A stretch of DNA of 59,929 nt from NCBI GenBank assembly GCA_004796365.1, contig QZLE01000201.1, positions 1 to 59,929 of the forward strand, written 5' to 3'. The notes below the pieces were generated by a model. The model saw only the letters and a program-made list of their open reading frames with translations, had not been told where the DNA came from and ran no database searches. How positions within the stretch are numbered: position 1 is the stretch's first letter; every line of letters begins with the position of its first letter. The DNA comes from Gammaproteobacteria bacterium (GTDB taxonomy: Bacteria > Pseudomonadota > Gammaproteobacteria > QZLD01). Of the stretch, positions 44,541 to 55,161 are shown in pieces. A program made the position numbers and the translations under genes.

Positions 44541-47500
44541 CTACATCTTCGGTGGCCTAACCTCTTTTATCAAAGCACCATTGTTATCGCTCAGAATAAG
44601 CATAGCAAACTTCTCTATCTGCTCAAGGTTATCATGATTCTGGGAAAGATAATCAAACATTCCGCGCATATCGGTATAGCCATCTTTATAGAACTTTACA
44701 TCACCATTTCGCATCTGAGCATAAACCTTCACATAAACTGAGTTTATAGATTTGCCATCTTCAGATGAGATAACTCTGGTAATACCATAGTTCTCACTGA
44801 TATGAGTTACCAATGTATTAGGATAATAATTGGTGCTGTCAGAAACTCCTGCGGCCGATGCTTCAATGAGAAGGCTTTTACCACTGAGGTTTTGCGGAAT
44901 ATTAACAATTGCTATACCAGAATCAGCACCCTTCTCAATTTCAAGGACTAGATTCGGCTGTATCATGGCGAACTGATCAGAAAGCTGCATAGCAAATGGC
45001 TTTCTGGAAAACAATACCTCAAGGTCCATTGAATAGAACTTAAGGGCACACCTGTTAATGTTTTGCATCCTTACCTGCACTTCGTTACCAACTGTTTTTA
45101 TATCAATAGCTGGCTCTTGTGACGCAAAACTGAACATCAAACGGGAACGATCTTTAAGCGCATCAGTAGAATGTGCCTGGTGGGCAATTTCAACCTGGCT
45201 AATCTGATCTACCTGATTGACCTGTTTAGCCTGACTCAAGATATCAGCGAACATATCTCGCCAGCGTTCCACCGGATATTTTTTATATCTTTCAGCAATA
45301 GAGTACGCCTGTTTTATATCCTGATTATAAAACGCAATATAAGCTGACATATAGTCATACTGCATCTGCTGCGCTACTTTGCTACGCTGCACCTTACCAA
45401 ACCATAATATTGCGTCATCAACCCTATCTTGCAGCAATAGATAATAACTGATTGCAAGCTTATCAGTATCCGATAACTTACCCTTATAGCTAAGAAAACT
45501 CATTAGCTTGTTGTATTGATTAAGTAGGTTTGTATTTTCAATATATCTCTTATTTCCAAACTGAAAAACACGCTTATTAATTAACGGCCAGAACTCAGTG
45601 TGCAGATATTTTCCACTTTCTTCAGCGCTTATATTAATAAGTTTTGACTTAAGATAGTCACCGCATTTGTCAGCAAAACCGTTCAGATGCAGATAATCAG
45701 CAATATCCTTCGGTATATTGTGTTTAACCGCATATGACCATGTCGTTTTATCGTAATAATGCTTGTCTTTAAGAATTTTTATCATTCTCATAAAGAACTC
45801 TTTATCTTTAAGACGGTAGGCTATCTTACTTAGGTCAATCCTATTCAGATTTTTATTCTGCAAGTAATCAAGTTGCTCCTTTTCAGTTCCATTTTGCGAA
45901 ATATAGTCCCAGGAATTTTTATCCGCAATGATAGAAGATTTATGTACAGTAAATTTCCTACCTGTTGCAAATGACATTGAACCATCAAGACCGAATGCGT
46001 GTGCAGGATAAAGACTGAAATTTCCACTTACCGGGAAATAAAAATAGTTCTCGAAGGTTCTGGTGGCAAATGGTTCCAACCGAACTTTCATGGATTTATT
46101 ATAAAAACCGTTAGCTACAGGAATAGCTCCTTGAGGAATCTTGATGAACAACTCCTGCATCTCCTGCAGAGATGTGGTGTTGGTAAGTACAGTTTGCATA
46201 CCGTATACCTTGCCCTTCACAAATCCATCCTGAATAAAGTTTTCCTGCTTGCGATTATTTATGTACTTATATCGTTGCTCCTTAGGAAATATATTTTGTC
46301 CAAGCAAGATACTGGTACTATGCTTAACCTTGGATTCCTTATTGATAATTTTTGCAAAGACAACACCTTTTTTCCCATCACTTTTGAGTTTATCTCTGGT
46401 TGGCAGGTCAATTACTGCCAAGGCAAAAATCATCTCGGTAAGATTATTCGAAGCAAGCGCAATATGCTCTGTAAGTACAAACGCTTGCTTAGCACTGATA
46501 TAATCAAGCCAGAATTGGTTGAGCTCGACCCTGTTGCTGGAATTATCCTTTGGCAGAATTCCATAATACCCATGCTCTATCCAAGACTTTGTTTTATCCG
46601 GTGCTGTATAAAACTGCTTAATCAACTGCCTTTGTTCACGCTCAAATGCCTGATCAGCAGCTTCAGCCATAAAATTCTGCTTGACCATCCTTCCCGCTGC
46701 AGCAGATACCATTGGCGCCTGTGGCTTCATTGGGCTACGTTTTCTCCTTGGCATTAACTTAGATTTTTTGGCCTCCATACCGAAGCTATCGCCTTTTGAA
46801 ATTGGAGTATCAACCCTTGTATCAACACCTCCCGTGAGTGCGATTGAAAAAAGCCTGTCGAGTTTATACAGGTCCGGTTCCTTGCTACTAAACCTGTCTG
46901 TAAGTTCAGTTAAAATCGGTTGTTTTTGGCGCTTAACCCTTTTCGCAAGCAAAGCCTTTTCAACAACATTAAGTTCAGCATATCTATGCTCTTCAGTATA
47001 TTTTGTTAGATCATTATTGAGCAGCCAGTCATCAATAAAATCTTTTTTTATCTTGCTAGATATAGCTGGCTTTACGAACGATTTGAAGAACTGTTTATCA
47101 CGATGGTATAAATAAAAATTGACTTCATGCGAACCGTATTTCGAATAATTATGCAGCTTCTGGCTTTGATCAAGCTTATTCCAGCTCAGTAGAAACTTAA
47201 ATTCATTTAGGCGATGATCAGTACTTATTGCCTTATACAGTGCATATACCTCATCTATTGATCTATAAATTTCGTAATCAGAAACTCCCTGCTTTTTCGG
47301 ATTAAACTTTTGCAGGTTGTTAAATACCTTTATCTGATTTTCCTGGCGATAATGATCACTATTGGCATATTTCTGCGTCTGCCTAATATCTCTGAACTTT
47401 GGTTTTGAATCCCCAAGTATATGGTAAGCATAGGTAGTATCCTGACCGTTAGTAACCACAATTGAAAGCTGTTCAACCCCTTGAAGAAGTGATTCATCTA

Positions 47501-50500
47501 CACGCACAACCCCTTCTTTATCAGGTGTTTGGTTGAGCAGGCTAAAAGAGCTACCATCCATAAAATTATAGCTTGGGGAATAGAGCAAAAGCTGCCCGCC
47601 AACTGTCCGCCCAGCAATACTCATTGGAGACGCCATAGCTTCCTCCATAACCTCCTTATCCCATCTGCCGCCATCCTTAAAGCTTTGTGTTTTAGTAGTA
47701 GTTTTACCCAACTCAAGAGGATTAATAATCAGACTTGGACGCTTGAGCATATTCCCAGGATAGTTATTAGATTGCTTGCGCTCCATAATATAACGCAATT
47801 CATCACTCAGGCGTCTTCCAGAACTGTATTTAGACCACCCTCCATGTAGAGGTATACTCTTCAGATCTTGATTAGGTATCGGATTGTAAATTGAGGACAA
47901 ATCTTCACTAAAGAAACGAGTTCCAAATATATGCACCCTGGTTTTGGCATCATGGTTAATCGTTTTAATCTTAAGCTTATTTGAAAATACTCCGTTTTCG
48001 CTAATATCTGTCACCAGCAGCGGTTTATGAGTTGAGCTTTGAACATAGCGATCACTAGAAAGTATAAACCCACTCTCTTCTACGCCGGATTCAACGGTTA
48101 TTGTGAACTTTTTATTGGCTGCAATAAACTGGTAGTCACCTTCCTTAATCTTTTCCAAGGTAGCTGCACGCTCGTCTAAATCAATTGTATTACTCTTATC
48201 GTATAAGTAATGTCCGTCTGCCAATTCAAATAGGCTAATCCTTTGCTGGCTATTAATCGGAATCACAAGATTTTGACCCTGTTTAACAGTTAGATGCTGC
48301 GGTGTATTAGCAACCTCTTTGATTAAATCCCAGGTCCGTTCAATTCCATCGCCATCATACACCTTAATCTGCTCAATCCCCTTTAATTCACCCAGCTCAA
48401 TCTTTCCTGAAGAATCACTTTGTAGATTGACCATAAGTTTGCGAGTAAAATTGCGATGTTTAAAATCAAAGCGCAACGAATGATCTGGAATTAGCTCACC
48501 GTTACGGCCAATTATTTCAACTAAATAACTCCCGCCATATTTGCGTAAATATGCATCAGCAATAACGTCTTTATAAAGTTCAAAATTTAATGGGCTGGAA
48601 AATGAATACTCGAGCTTATCTGTTTTATTCTTACTGGTGTTTTCAATATCAGCTAAAAGTTTCACCCCAAGCTTTAGAGCGCCGGAATCAGCGTTAATTA
48701 CAAACGGGATCTTAATATCCTCGCCGTCAGTAATTTGCAAATCGGAAAATAACTTCTTTTCAATTATCTCCGTACCGTTATCGGTAATTTTGGAAAGGTT
48801 AATTTCGACCGTAATATCTTTAAGAATTTTATTATCTACCGGATTCGAATTCAGTAATAGCTGAGGACTAATAACTATGTCAGTCTGATTTCCTGATATC
48901 ATTGCTTCTCTATTAAAGAGTACACCAGCATGCAGACTATACTCTTCACTGTTATGATAAAAATTGTGCAATGATGCGATACCATTTCCACTTACGATTA
49001 TGTCTTGGGAAGTAGACTTTTTGGTATAAGGAACGATAATTCTGCCATATTTATCACTGGTATAGGTATGGCCTTTAAGCCAAACAGAAGAATCTATAAT
49101 TAGTTTATTATCTGAGTCATACACCCGAAAAAGATGTCCTGAAACACCTGCCCGCTGGGTATAATTGAGACCGCCCTTCTCAATAACTGCACGGCTATTA
49201 ATACCGTTTCCTACAAGATCTACCACATACACACCGGCCTTACTTACATCAGGCAGTTTCAACTTATAGCCATGCCTGATATGCGAAGGCTTATCAAATT
49301 CTATAACCTGCTGATAATTTGGCTCTAATCCTTCAAGGTTTATCGCTACAGATACTTTTTCAGACAGCTTTTTGTAATAATTCATGGTATTAATCTCATA
49401 GATATTCACCACTAGGCTGTCGATATTTTTCAGGTTCAAGGCAAGTTCAACGGTGTCATCTGAACCATATTTAACCTTGTTTTCAGGAATTATTGTCAGT
49501 TCGACTCTCTCTGTAATCTGCTCATATTTGCTTGCTGGTAGCTGGGCAAACCACTTCTTCTTATCACCAATCCCATTGAGAATCTTCACCTCAGCAAATG
49601 TGTACCGAAGAAATTTTTCCTCAAGGTACGGTAAAAACACATCATAGTTTTTGTCTTTTGCAAAAAAATGATGTAGGTAAGTGTTCACCAGCTTTTGATC
49701 GTTATCAATACGCTGGAAACCTGACTGCATGGCTACTGTTGAGTTAAATCTGGCAACCTTAATTTTTGATCTTTTTTGGCGAGAATATTTTGCATAAGCT
49801 GTATGTTTAGGGATTTTTAAATACTCAATAAAAAGCTGCTTGTCATAGTTTCCAACTTTACGCCCGGTTTTTAACAGGTCATATAATAGATGAATTTTGA
49901 TAGAATTTTGGGATTCGGGAAGTGTGGAAACAAATTCCCAAACATTTTTTAGGCCTGAATATTTTTTGTGCGGATCTTTTTGCAGTCTAATCTTTTCAGT
50001 AAAGACCCGCTTCATGTAAGCTGCTACAAACTGATCATTGCTGGTTAGTCTCTTAATACTTTTTTTAAGTTTATCAAGTTGGGTAAGAGTTAAATTGTGA
50101 TGAATAGTAAACGAACCAAATCCGGAGCTGTGTTTATCCTTTAGTTCACGTTTTATCAGATCCGTCAATCCTGGGTAATCTGGTGTATCTATCCTCCGCA
50201 ATAGCTCACGCAGCTGAGATATATTCAGGTCATTCGCATCCAGTTCATAAAGACCATCAGTAGTAAAACCAGAAAGGGTCGCGTTCCTTCTATTCAGCAA
50301 TTCTCTGGAAATTGTTTTTGTTGATATGCGTCCCTGATCCAGGCTTGACGGATAACTTCTTTGCTTCGCCCCACTCTTTTTAAAGTGGCTAAAACCTAGC
50401 CCTAGCTCTTCTTTCAAATATTTAAGCGTCTTACCAGGGTCTTTATCATACTCCAGCATAGCCTGTCGATTTTTCAAATGGTTAAAACGTACTGACCTTA

Positions 50501-50804
50501 TTCCGGGATTATCTTTGTTGTTTTCCCATTCAAACAACATACGCGCAGAATTCTTTAGTTGTTCCTTGTTTTGCAAGGAAAGGTTTTGAAAATAAAGGGT
50601 ATGGAAAAAATAGTATTCTTCACTTCCAGGTACCAAATCCGCAAGCGCATCCTCTTTATTTTCTGAAAACACATAATCCTCAAGCACACCAATTTCACCA
50701 CTATTGGTAGCAATATGTGCAGGATTTCTGGCATATATTGCCGAGATATTAAAAGAAGATGTCAAAGCGATGAAAACTACTATATATCCATATATACGAA
50801 CCAT
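44541..50804 (-). CDS. Large exported protein of unknown function (2087 aa), possibly alpha-2-macroglobulin-like beta-sandwich architecture
   Basis: Uninterrupted ORF; N-terminal signal peptide; helical N-terminal region; beta-rich blocks; C-terminal YVKVY...FYKDGYTD.RG.FDY; no CxEQ thioester motif. Confidence 0.7.
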   Translation of the reverse strand: MVRIYGYIVVFIALTSSFNISAIYARNPAHIATNSGEIGVLEDYVFSENKEDALADLVPGSEEYYFFHTLYFQNLSLQNKEQLKNSARMLFEWENNKDNPGIRSVRFNHLKNRQAMLEYDKDPGKTLKYLKEELGLGFSHFKKSGAKQRSYPSSLDQGRISTKTISRELLNRRNATLSGFTTDGLYELDANDLNISQLRELLRRIDTPDYPGLTDLIKRELKDKHSSGFGSFTIHHNLTLTQLDKLKKSIKRLTSNDQFVAAYMKRVFTEKIRLQKDPHKKYSGLKNVWEFVSTLPESQNSIKIHLLYDLLKTGRKVGNYDKQLFIEYLKIPKHTAYAKYSRQKRSKIKVARFNSTVAMQSGFQRIDNDQKLVNTYLHHFFAKDKNYDVFLPYLEEKFLRYTFAEVKILNGIGDKKKWFAQLPASKYEQITERVELTIIPENKVKYGSDDTVELALNLKNIDSLVVNIYEINTMNYYKKLSEKVSVAINLEGLEPNYQQVIEFDKPSHIRHGYKLKLPDVSKAGVYVVDLVGNGINSRAVIEKGGLNYTQRAGVSGHLFRVYDSDNKLIIDSSVWLKGHTYTSDKYGRIIVPYTKKSTSQDIIVSGNGIASLHNFYHNSEEYSLHAGVLFNREAMISGNQTDIVISPQLLLNSNPVDNKILKDITVEINLSKITDNGTEIIEKKLFSDLQITDGEDIKIPFVINADSGALKLGVKLLADIENTSKNKTDKLEYSFSSPLNFELYKDVIADAYLRKYGGSYLVEIIGRNGELIPDHSLRFDFKHRNFTRKLMVNLQSDSSGKIELGELKGIEQIKVYDGDGIERTWDLIKEVANTPQHLTVKQGQNLVIPINSQQRISLFELADGHYLYDKSNTIDLDERAATLEKIKEGDYQFIAANKKFTITVESGVEESGFILSSDRYVQSSTHKPLLVTDISENGVFSNKLKIKTINHDAKTRVHIFGTRFFSEDLSSIYNPIPNQDLKSIPLHGGWSKYSSGRRLSDELRYIMERKQSNNYPGNMLKRPSLIINPLELGKTTTKTQSFKDGGRWDKEVMEEAMASPMSIAGRTVGGQLLLYSPSYNFMDGSSFSLLNQTPDKEGVVRVDESLLQGVEQLSIVVTNGQDTTYAYHILGDSKPKFRDIRQTQKYANSDHYRQENQIKVFNNLQKFNPKKQGVSDYEIYRSIDEVYALYKAISTDHRLNEFKFLLSWNKLDQSQKLHNYSKYGSHEVNFYLYHRDKQFFKSFVKPAISSKIKKDFIDDWLLNNDLTKYTEEHRYAELNVVEKALLAKRVKRQKQPILTELTDRFSSKEPDLYKLDRLFSIALTGGVDTRVDTPISKGDSFGMEAKKSKLMPRRKRSPMKPQAPMVSAAAGRMVKQNFMAEAADQAFEREQRQLIKQFYTAPDKTKSWIEHGYYGILPKDNSSNRVELNQFWLDYISAKQAFVLTEHIALASNNLTEMIFALAVIDLPTRDKLKSDGKKGVVFAKIINKESKVKHSTSILLGQNIFPKEQRYKYINNRKQENFIQDGFVKGKVYGMQTVLTNTTSLQEMQELFIKIPQGAIPVANGFYNKSMKVRLEPFATRTFENYFYFPVSGNFSLYPAHAFGLDGSMSFATGRKFTVHKSSIIADKNSWDYISQNGTEKEQLDYLQNKNLNRIDLSKIAYRLKDKEFFMRMIKILKDKHYYDKTTWSYAVKHNIPKDIADYLHLNGFADKCGDYLKSKLINISAEESGKYLHTEFWPLINKRVFQFGNKRYIENTNLLNQYNKLMSFLSYKGKLSDTDKLAISYYLLLQDRVDDAILWFGKVQRSKVAQQMQYDYMSAYIAFYNQDIKQAYSIAERYKKYPVERWRDMFADILSQAKQVNQVDQISQVEIAHQAHSTDALKDRSRLMFSFASQEPAIDIKTVGNEVQVRMQNINRCALKFYSMDLEVLFSRKPFAMQLSDQFAMIQPNLVLEIEKGADSGIAIVNIPQNLSGKSLLIEASAAGVSDSTNYYPNTLVTHISENYGITRVISSEDGKSINSVYVKVYAQMRNGDVKFYKDGYTDMRGMFDYLSQNHDNLEQIEKFAMLILSDNNGALIKEVRPPKM

Positions 50805-51007
50805 TTTATGAGCTCCTAAAAATATTGCCCGAACAATACAGCTAAAACAAACAACAATTTAGATATTTTTTACTGCAAATTCAGATCGTTAACAGGCAAA
50901 TTTAATTATAGATTAATTCTGGAACTTTTCTGGAAGGCAAAAAACTATCAAACACATTAACTTCCCTTTAGCAACAAGTATCCATAGCTCATGTGACAGG
51001 CATACAC

Positions 51008-51021
51008 TTGATAAGTTTCAA
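51008..51021. promoter_or_regulatory. FNR-like site in the divergent intergenic region
   Basis: TTGAT-aagt-TTCAA, a 9/10 match to TTGAT-N4-ATCAA. Confidence 0.35.
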
Positions 51022-51238
51022 ACTTATGAATTGATTGAATTGCCCTTTAAATATGTCGTATCATATTCAACCGCAATAATTGAACAAATCAATAATCACA
51101 GCAATAAGGCTTTATAACAGGGATATTAATAAAAGGAATTGGGCCAATTAATCACAGGTTCTAACAACTTAAAAATCCAAACAATCTGCCATTGCTAATT
51201 AATATAGAGCTAAAAGCTTAGTACCAGGAGAGGAATTA

Positions 51239-52573
51239 ATGAATTCTGATAATTTATTGAAGAAAAGGCTAATTACCGTTGATGATGCTCTAAGCATGAT
51301 TCAATCAAACTTCAGCATCGTTTCAGCTATGGCTGCTTCTGAGCCGACAGGGATCTGCACAAGACTGCATGAAGCCGCCGATAGGGTAGAAAATGTTTCT
51401 GTATGTACCTGTCTGCCAATGCAACCATATAAATGGTACATGGACCCTGCCATGAAAGGTAAGTTCTTCAACGAAGGCTGGTTCTACGGTCCAGCTATCA
51501 GAAAGGCTCACAAAGAAGCCGGCACCTGTTCATTTATTCCAAATCATCTGCATCAAGCCGGCACAGACCGCCTTTACAACCACAAACCAAACATCTTCAT
51601 TGGTACATGTACAAAACCAGATCGTTTTGGCTATGTGTCTCTTTCACTAGGTGTAACTTATGAAAGGCTCATGATCGAAGCAGCTGACACCGTTATTCTT
51701 GAAGTTAATGAGAATATGCCAAGAACATATGGTGATACCATCGTTCACATGGATGAAATAGATTACCTAATTGATAACACTGCCCCAATCCCTGAACTTG
51801 GTGAAGTTCCAATCTCAGACAAAGACCGTATGATTGGCCGTTATATCGCAGACTTAATTGAAGACGGTTCAACTATCCAGCTTGGTATCGGTGGTATTCC
51901 AAATGCGGTAGCTGCTGAGCTTATGCATAAAAAAGACCTATCGATCCACACTGAGATGTTTACCGATGGCATGGTAGACCTATACGAAGCCGGCGTTATA
52001 GGCACTGTTCCACGAAGTGTTCGTGAAAAGATCCTTACCGGTAAAATGGTTGCCACATTTGCTCTTGGTACTAAGAAGCTTTATGACTTCCTACATGAAA
52101 ATCCTGCTGTTGCGATTATGCGTGGTGACTGGGTAAACGACCCATATGTAATTGCACAAAACCATAAACAGGTTTCAATTAATACTTGCCTTGAAATTGA
52201 TCTTACCGGACAGGTTAGCTCTGAAAGTATTGGTCCAACTCAATTTAGTGGAACTGGTGGACAAGCCGATACAGCAATCGGTGCACAAAAATCAGATGGT
52301 GGTAAATCATTCATTGCCCTTTACTCAACTGCAAGTATCAAACAACCAGACGGAACCAGAAAAACTGTTTCTAAAATTGCTCCACACCTTGCACTTGGTG
52401 CAGCAGTAACACTACATAGATCCAATATCGATCATGTAGTAACTGAATATGGTGTTGCAAAGATGAAAGGTGTTTCCATCCACGAAAGAGCAAAACGCCT
52501 TATCTCAATTGCCCACCCAGACTTTAGAGACTGGCTGGAAGAGGAAGCGAAAAAAGTTGGATTTATTGTTTAA
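51239..52573 (+). CDS. Acetyl-CoA hydrolase/CoA-transferase (4-hydroxybutyrate/butyryl-CoA transferase-like)
   Basis: TIQLGIGGIPNAV, IHTEMFTDG, NDP..IA, DLTGQV.SESIG, GTGGQ.D, VVTEYGVA, LI.IAHPDFR. Confidence 0.92.
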   Translation: MNSDNLLKKRLITVDDALSMIQSNFSIVSAMAASEPTGICTRLHEAADRVENVSVCTCLPMQPYKWYMDPAMKGKFFNEGWFYGPAIRKAHKEAGTCSFIPNHLHQAGTDRLYNHKPNIFIGTCTKPDRFGYVSLSLGVTYERLMIEAADTVILEVNENMPRTYGDTIVHMDEIDYLIDNTAPIPELGEVPISDKDRMIGRYIADLIEDGSTIQLGIGGIPNAVAAELMHKKDLSIHTEMFTDGMVDLYEAGVIGTVPRSVREKILTGKMVATFALGTKKLYDFLHENPAVAIMRGDWVNDPYVIAQNHKQVSINTCLEIDLTGQVSSESIGPTQFSGTGGQADTAIGAQKSDGGKSFIALYSTASIKQPDGTRKTVSKIAPHLALGAAVTLHRSNIDHVVTEYGVAKMKGVSIHERAKRLISIAHPDFRDWLEEEAKKVGFIV

Positions 52574-52593
52574 TAAATCCTCTAGCGTTTCGG

Positions 52594-52617
52594 ACGGCTC
52601 TTCGGAGCCGTTTTTTT
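52594..52617 (+). terminator. Terminator with UUCG tetraloop
   Basis: ACGGCTC-TTCG-GAGCCGT followed by a T tract. Confidence 0.9.
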
Positions 52618-52638
52618 ATAGGTTTTGGACAAATAGAC

Positions 52639-53217
52639 ATGAATAAAATTGCTGTATTCGGCTCAGCCTTCAACCCCCCCCACCGCGGCCACATGGATGT
52701 TATCGACCAATTAAAACCTAAGTTCGACAAGATCCTTTTGGTACCAAGCGCAGCCCATGCGTTTGGCAAAACTCACCTACCGATTGAAACCAGGTCTGAA
52801 ATGCTGGATCTTATTCTGGCTGACTATTTTGCAAATGATCCTAAAATTGAAGTATCAGTCATAGAGTTTGAAATGGTAAAAGAGTGCACTGACGATAAGC
52901 CCGTTTACAGTTATGACCTGCTTAAAAAACTAAATGAGAATGATCCGGCTGAATACCACCTAATAATCGGCCCTGATAACGCCGCTCCGGATACATGGTC
53001 AAAATTCTACAAACATAGCGAGATTGAACAGGAGTTTACAATTACAACGGTTGTTGAGCGCCGCAAAGTACGCAGCACAGAGATCAGAGAACTTCTTGCA
53101 CTTATTGCAAAAGAGCCAGCAAAGCGCAGTTTGTGTAATAAGCTGGAAAATTATGTAGGGAAAAGCCAATGCAAATACATAATTAAAAATATTGAATCTA
53201 TAATTAATGCAATCTAA
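52639..53217 (+). CDS. nadD: Nicotinate/nicotinamide-nucleotide adenylyltransferase-like (HxGH nucleotidyltransferase)
   Basis: AVFGSAFNPPHRGH, PS.AHAFGK, IIGPDN, RSTEIR. Confidence 0.75.
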   Translation: MNKIAVFGSAFNPPHRGHMDVIDQLKPKFDKILLVPSAAHAFGKTHLPIETRSEMLDLILADYFANDPKIEVSVIEFEMVKECTDDKPVYSYDLLKKLNENDPAEYHLIIGPDNAAPDTWSKFYKHSEIEQEFTITTVVERRKVRSTEIRELLALIAKEPAKRSLCNKLENYVGKSQCKYIIKNIESIINAI

Positions 53218-53223
53218 TTAAAA

Positions 53224-54351
53224 TTGAGTCTGGTAATGGAACAACTAGTTATTCTTGATGAAATAATAACCGCACATGGGAAAAAAATTGCGCACCTAAC
53301 TATTAACCGCCCTGGTCGTTTAAATGTGTTATCACTAGCTGCTATTAAAGATCTGCGCAGCAATCTAGCGGCCATTGCAAAAAACGATAATTTTGCTGCA
53401 GTTATTTTAGATGGCGCTGGAGAAAAAGCCTTTTGCGCCGGCGGCGATGTAACAGAGATCGTCTCCTTCGTTCAATCAGCCCAAGGTGGCGAACTTAATC
53501 CGGCCAGTGAATATTTTATTAATGAATACACTGTTGATTACACAATTCACACCTACCCTAAACCAATCATAATATGGGGCGATGGCATTGTAATGGGGGG
53601 TGGCATGGGATTGATGCAGGGTGGTAGCCACCGCATCGTTACCGAAAAAACAATGTTGGCAATGCCGGAAATCACTATTGGATTGTTTCCAGACGTCGGT
53701 GGCACCTGGTTTTTAAACAAGATGCCGGATAAATCCGGTATGTTCGCAGGCCTAACAGGTTTACGCATGAATGCAGCAGATGCAATTTTATGTAACCTTG
53801 CTGACCATGCCCTCCTCTCTTCTGCAAAAGCCGATCTGCTAAAAAGTTTGGAAAGCCTGGAGCTAAGTGATAACGCCAAAGAAAATAACGATATCATTAC
53901 TGACCTGCTTGAAAACATGTCCGGACAGCACCCAAAACTTCAGGTATCTGAAATTGAAGCTCACTTTGAGCTGATTGAACAAATTATCGACATGGAAAAC
54001 CATGTAGACTCTTATCACAAAATAATTGAACAGCAGGCGCACAGTGAATGGATGCAAAATGCAGTTACCCCAATGGTAAAAGGTTCACCTACCTCTTTTG
54101 CCGTTATCTTTGAGCAGTTAGACCCAAAGCACAACCTTTCGCTAAAAGAAGTATTTATGAAAGAGCTAGACATGGCTATCAATATGACTGCGCACAGTGA
54201 TTTTGCTGAAGGCGTTCGTGCACTGCTGGTTGATAAAGATAACAACCCTAAATGGTCACCGAGTGACCTGAGTGAAGTTGAACAAGCAGTTGTGAATGGA
54301 ATTTTTGCTTCACCATGGAGTGATGATAAGCACCCTTTGATGGATTTGTAA
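53224..54351 (+). CDS. Enoyl-CoA hydratase/isomerase family, 3-hydroxyisobutyryl-CoA hydrolase-like
   Basis: FCAGGDV, GIVMGGGMGL, AMPEITIGLFPDVG, DFAEGVRALLVDKD. The start may be ATG 53236. Confidence 0.92.
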   Translation: MSLVMEQLVILDEIITAHGKKIAHLTINRPGRLNVLSLAAIKDLRSNLAAIAKNDNFAAVILDGAGEKAFCAGGDVTEIVSFVQSAQGGELNPASEYFINEYTVDYTIHTYPKPIIIWGDGIVMGGGMGLMQGGSHRIVTEKTMLAMPEITIGLFPDVGGTWFLNKMPDKSGMFAGLTGLRMNAADAILCNLADHALLSSAKADLLKSLESLELSDNAKENNDIITDLLENMSGQHPKLQVSEIEAHFELIEQIIDMENHVDSYHKIIEQQAHSEWMQNAVTPMVKGSPTSFAVIFEQLDPKHNLSLKEVFMKELDMAINMTAHSDFAEGVRALLVDKDNNPKWSPSDLSEVEQAVVNGIFASPWSDDKHPLMDL

Positions 54352-54560
54352 TCCATTTTAATTAAACTTAAAATCAACATGTTAATTTTATTAGCACATA
54401 CTCTGCAAAACCACTATATGTCTGCAATTAAAAAATGTTTGCGGTAACTAGTTGGGCTGTAATATTTTTTTACGTAGATATGATGCAAAAAGCAACATCA
54501 TAAATTTATGATATAAGCGTCAATTTGAGTTCTAATAATTGTTAGAACAAGGAGTTAATA

Positions 54561-54920
54561 ATGAAATTATTTATTCCACTAATAGGTATATTGCTTGTTG
54601 GATGTGGGAGTGAAACATCGCATACCACTACATTTACGATATCTGAAGGCGGTATTTATTATGGAGAAGCAGTTGATTCAGTTGAAGCTAATGGTAAATA
54701 TTATCTTGAAATTTGCTGTAATCATGATTCAGATGAAGGCTGGACAGTAGAAATTGATAACTTGGTTTTAGAGCAAGCAGGTATGGAACCTAATTCATTG
54801 AGTCCTATTGGAATAGAGGCTAACTACCATTTAATTCCAAAGCATTTTCAAAGTAGTCCTCATGAACAAGTTGAATTGTTAAGTTTAAAATTTGTAGTTA
54901 CTAAGATTGAACCAATGTAA
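54561..54920 (+). CDS. Hypothetical lipoprotein, cassette-like
   Basis: Lipobox LLVGC; preceded by GTTAGAAC and GGAG; the stop codon abuts an attC-like sequence. Confidence 0.75.
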   Translation: MKLFIPLIGILLVGCGSETSHTTTFTISEGGIYYGEAVDSVEANGKYYLEICCNHDSDEGWTVEIDNLVLEQAGMEPNSLSPIGIEANYHLIPKHFQSSPHEQVELLSLKFVVTKIEPM

Positions 54921-54980
54921 TCTAATATTTCAATCAACGGAAAACAAAACCGCTGGCGGCAGTTATTGATAAACTTAAAG
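54920..54980 (+). mobile_element. Degenerate attC site
   Basis: R''-like ATCTAAT; L'' TCAAT(C)AACGG pairs with L' CAGTTATTGA leaving an extrahelical C; R' decayed (CTTAAAG). Confidence 0.5.
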
Positions 54981-55004
54981 AACAGTTATCTGAATGAGTT
55001 TAAC

Positions 55005-55091
55005 AACTAGCATCACCATCAACCATCGTGCCTTCGACAGTGGAATCAAATACACTGCGCGCTTTCTCGCCGGTTATGGCGGGCGTTATGC
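55005..55091 (+). mobile_element. attC site (87 bp), R'' partly decayed
   Basis: L'' CCAT(C)AACC / L' GGTTATGG; R' GTTATGC; same length as and similar in sequence to the attC at 55653. Confidence 0.75.
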
Positions 55092-55161
55092 GCTTATAAG
55101 CAGAAATCGTAATTTAAAAGTAGTATAATAAACCATCTTTGAACACTGCGGTGCTTTAATC

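Noticed and set aside
45999-46757. 252-aa plus-strand ORF
   Set aside because: Antisense shadow of the 2087-aa gene; no recognisable motifs.
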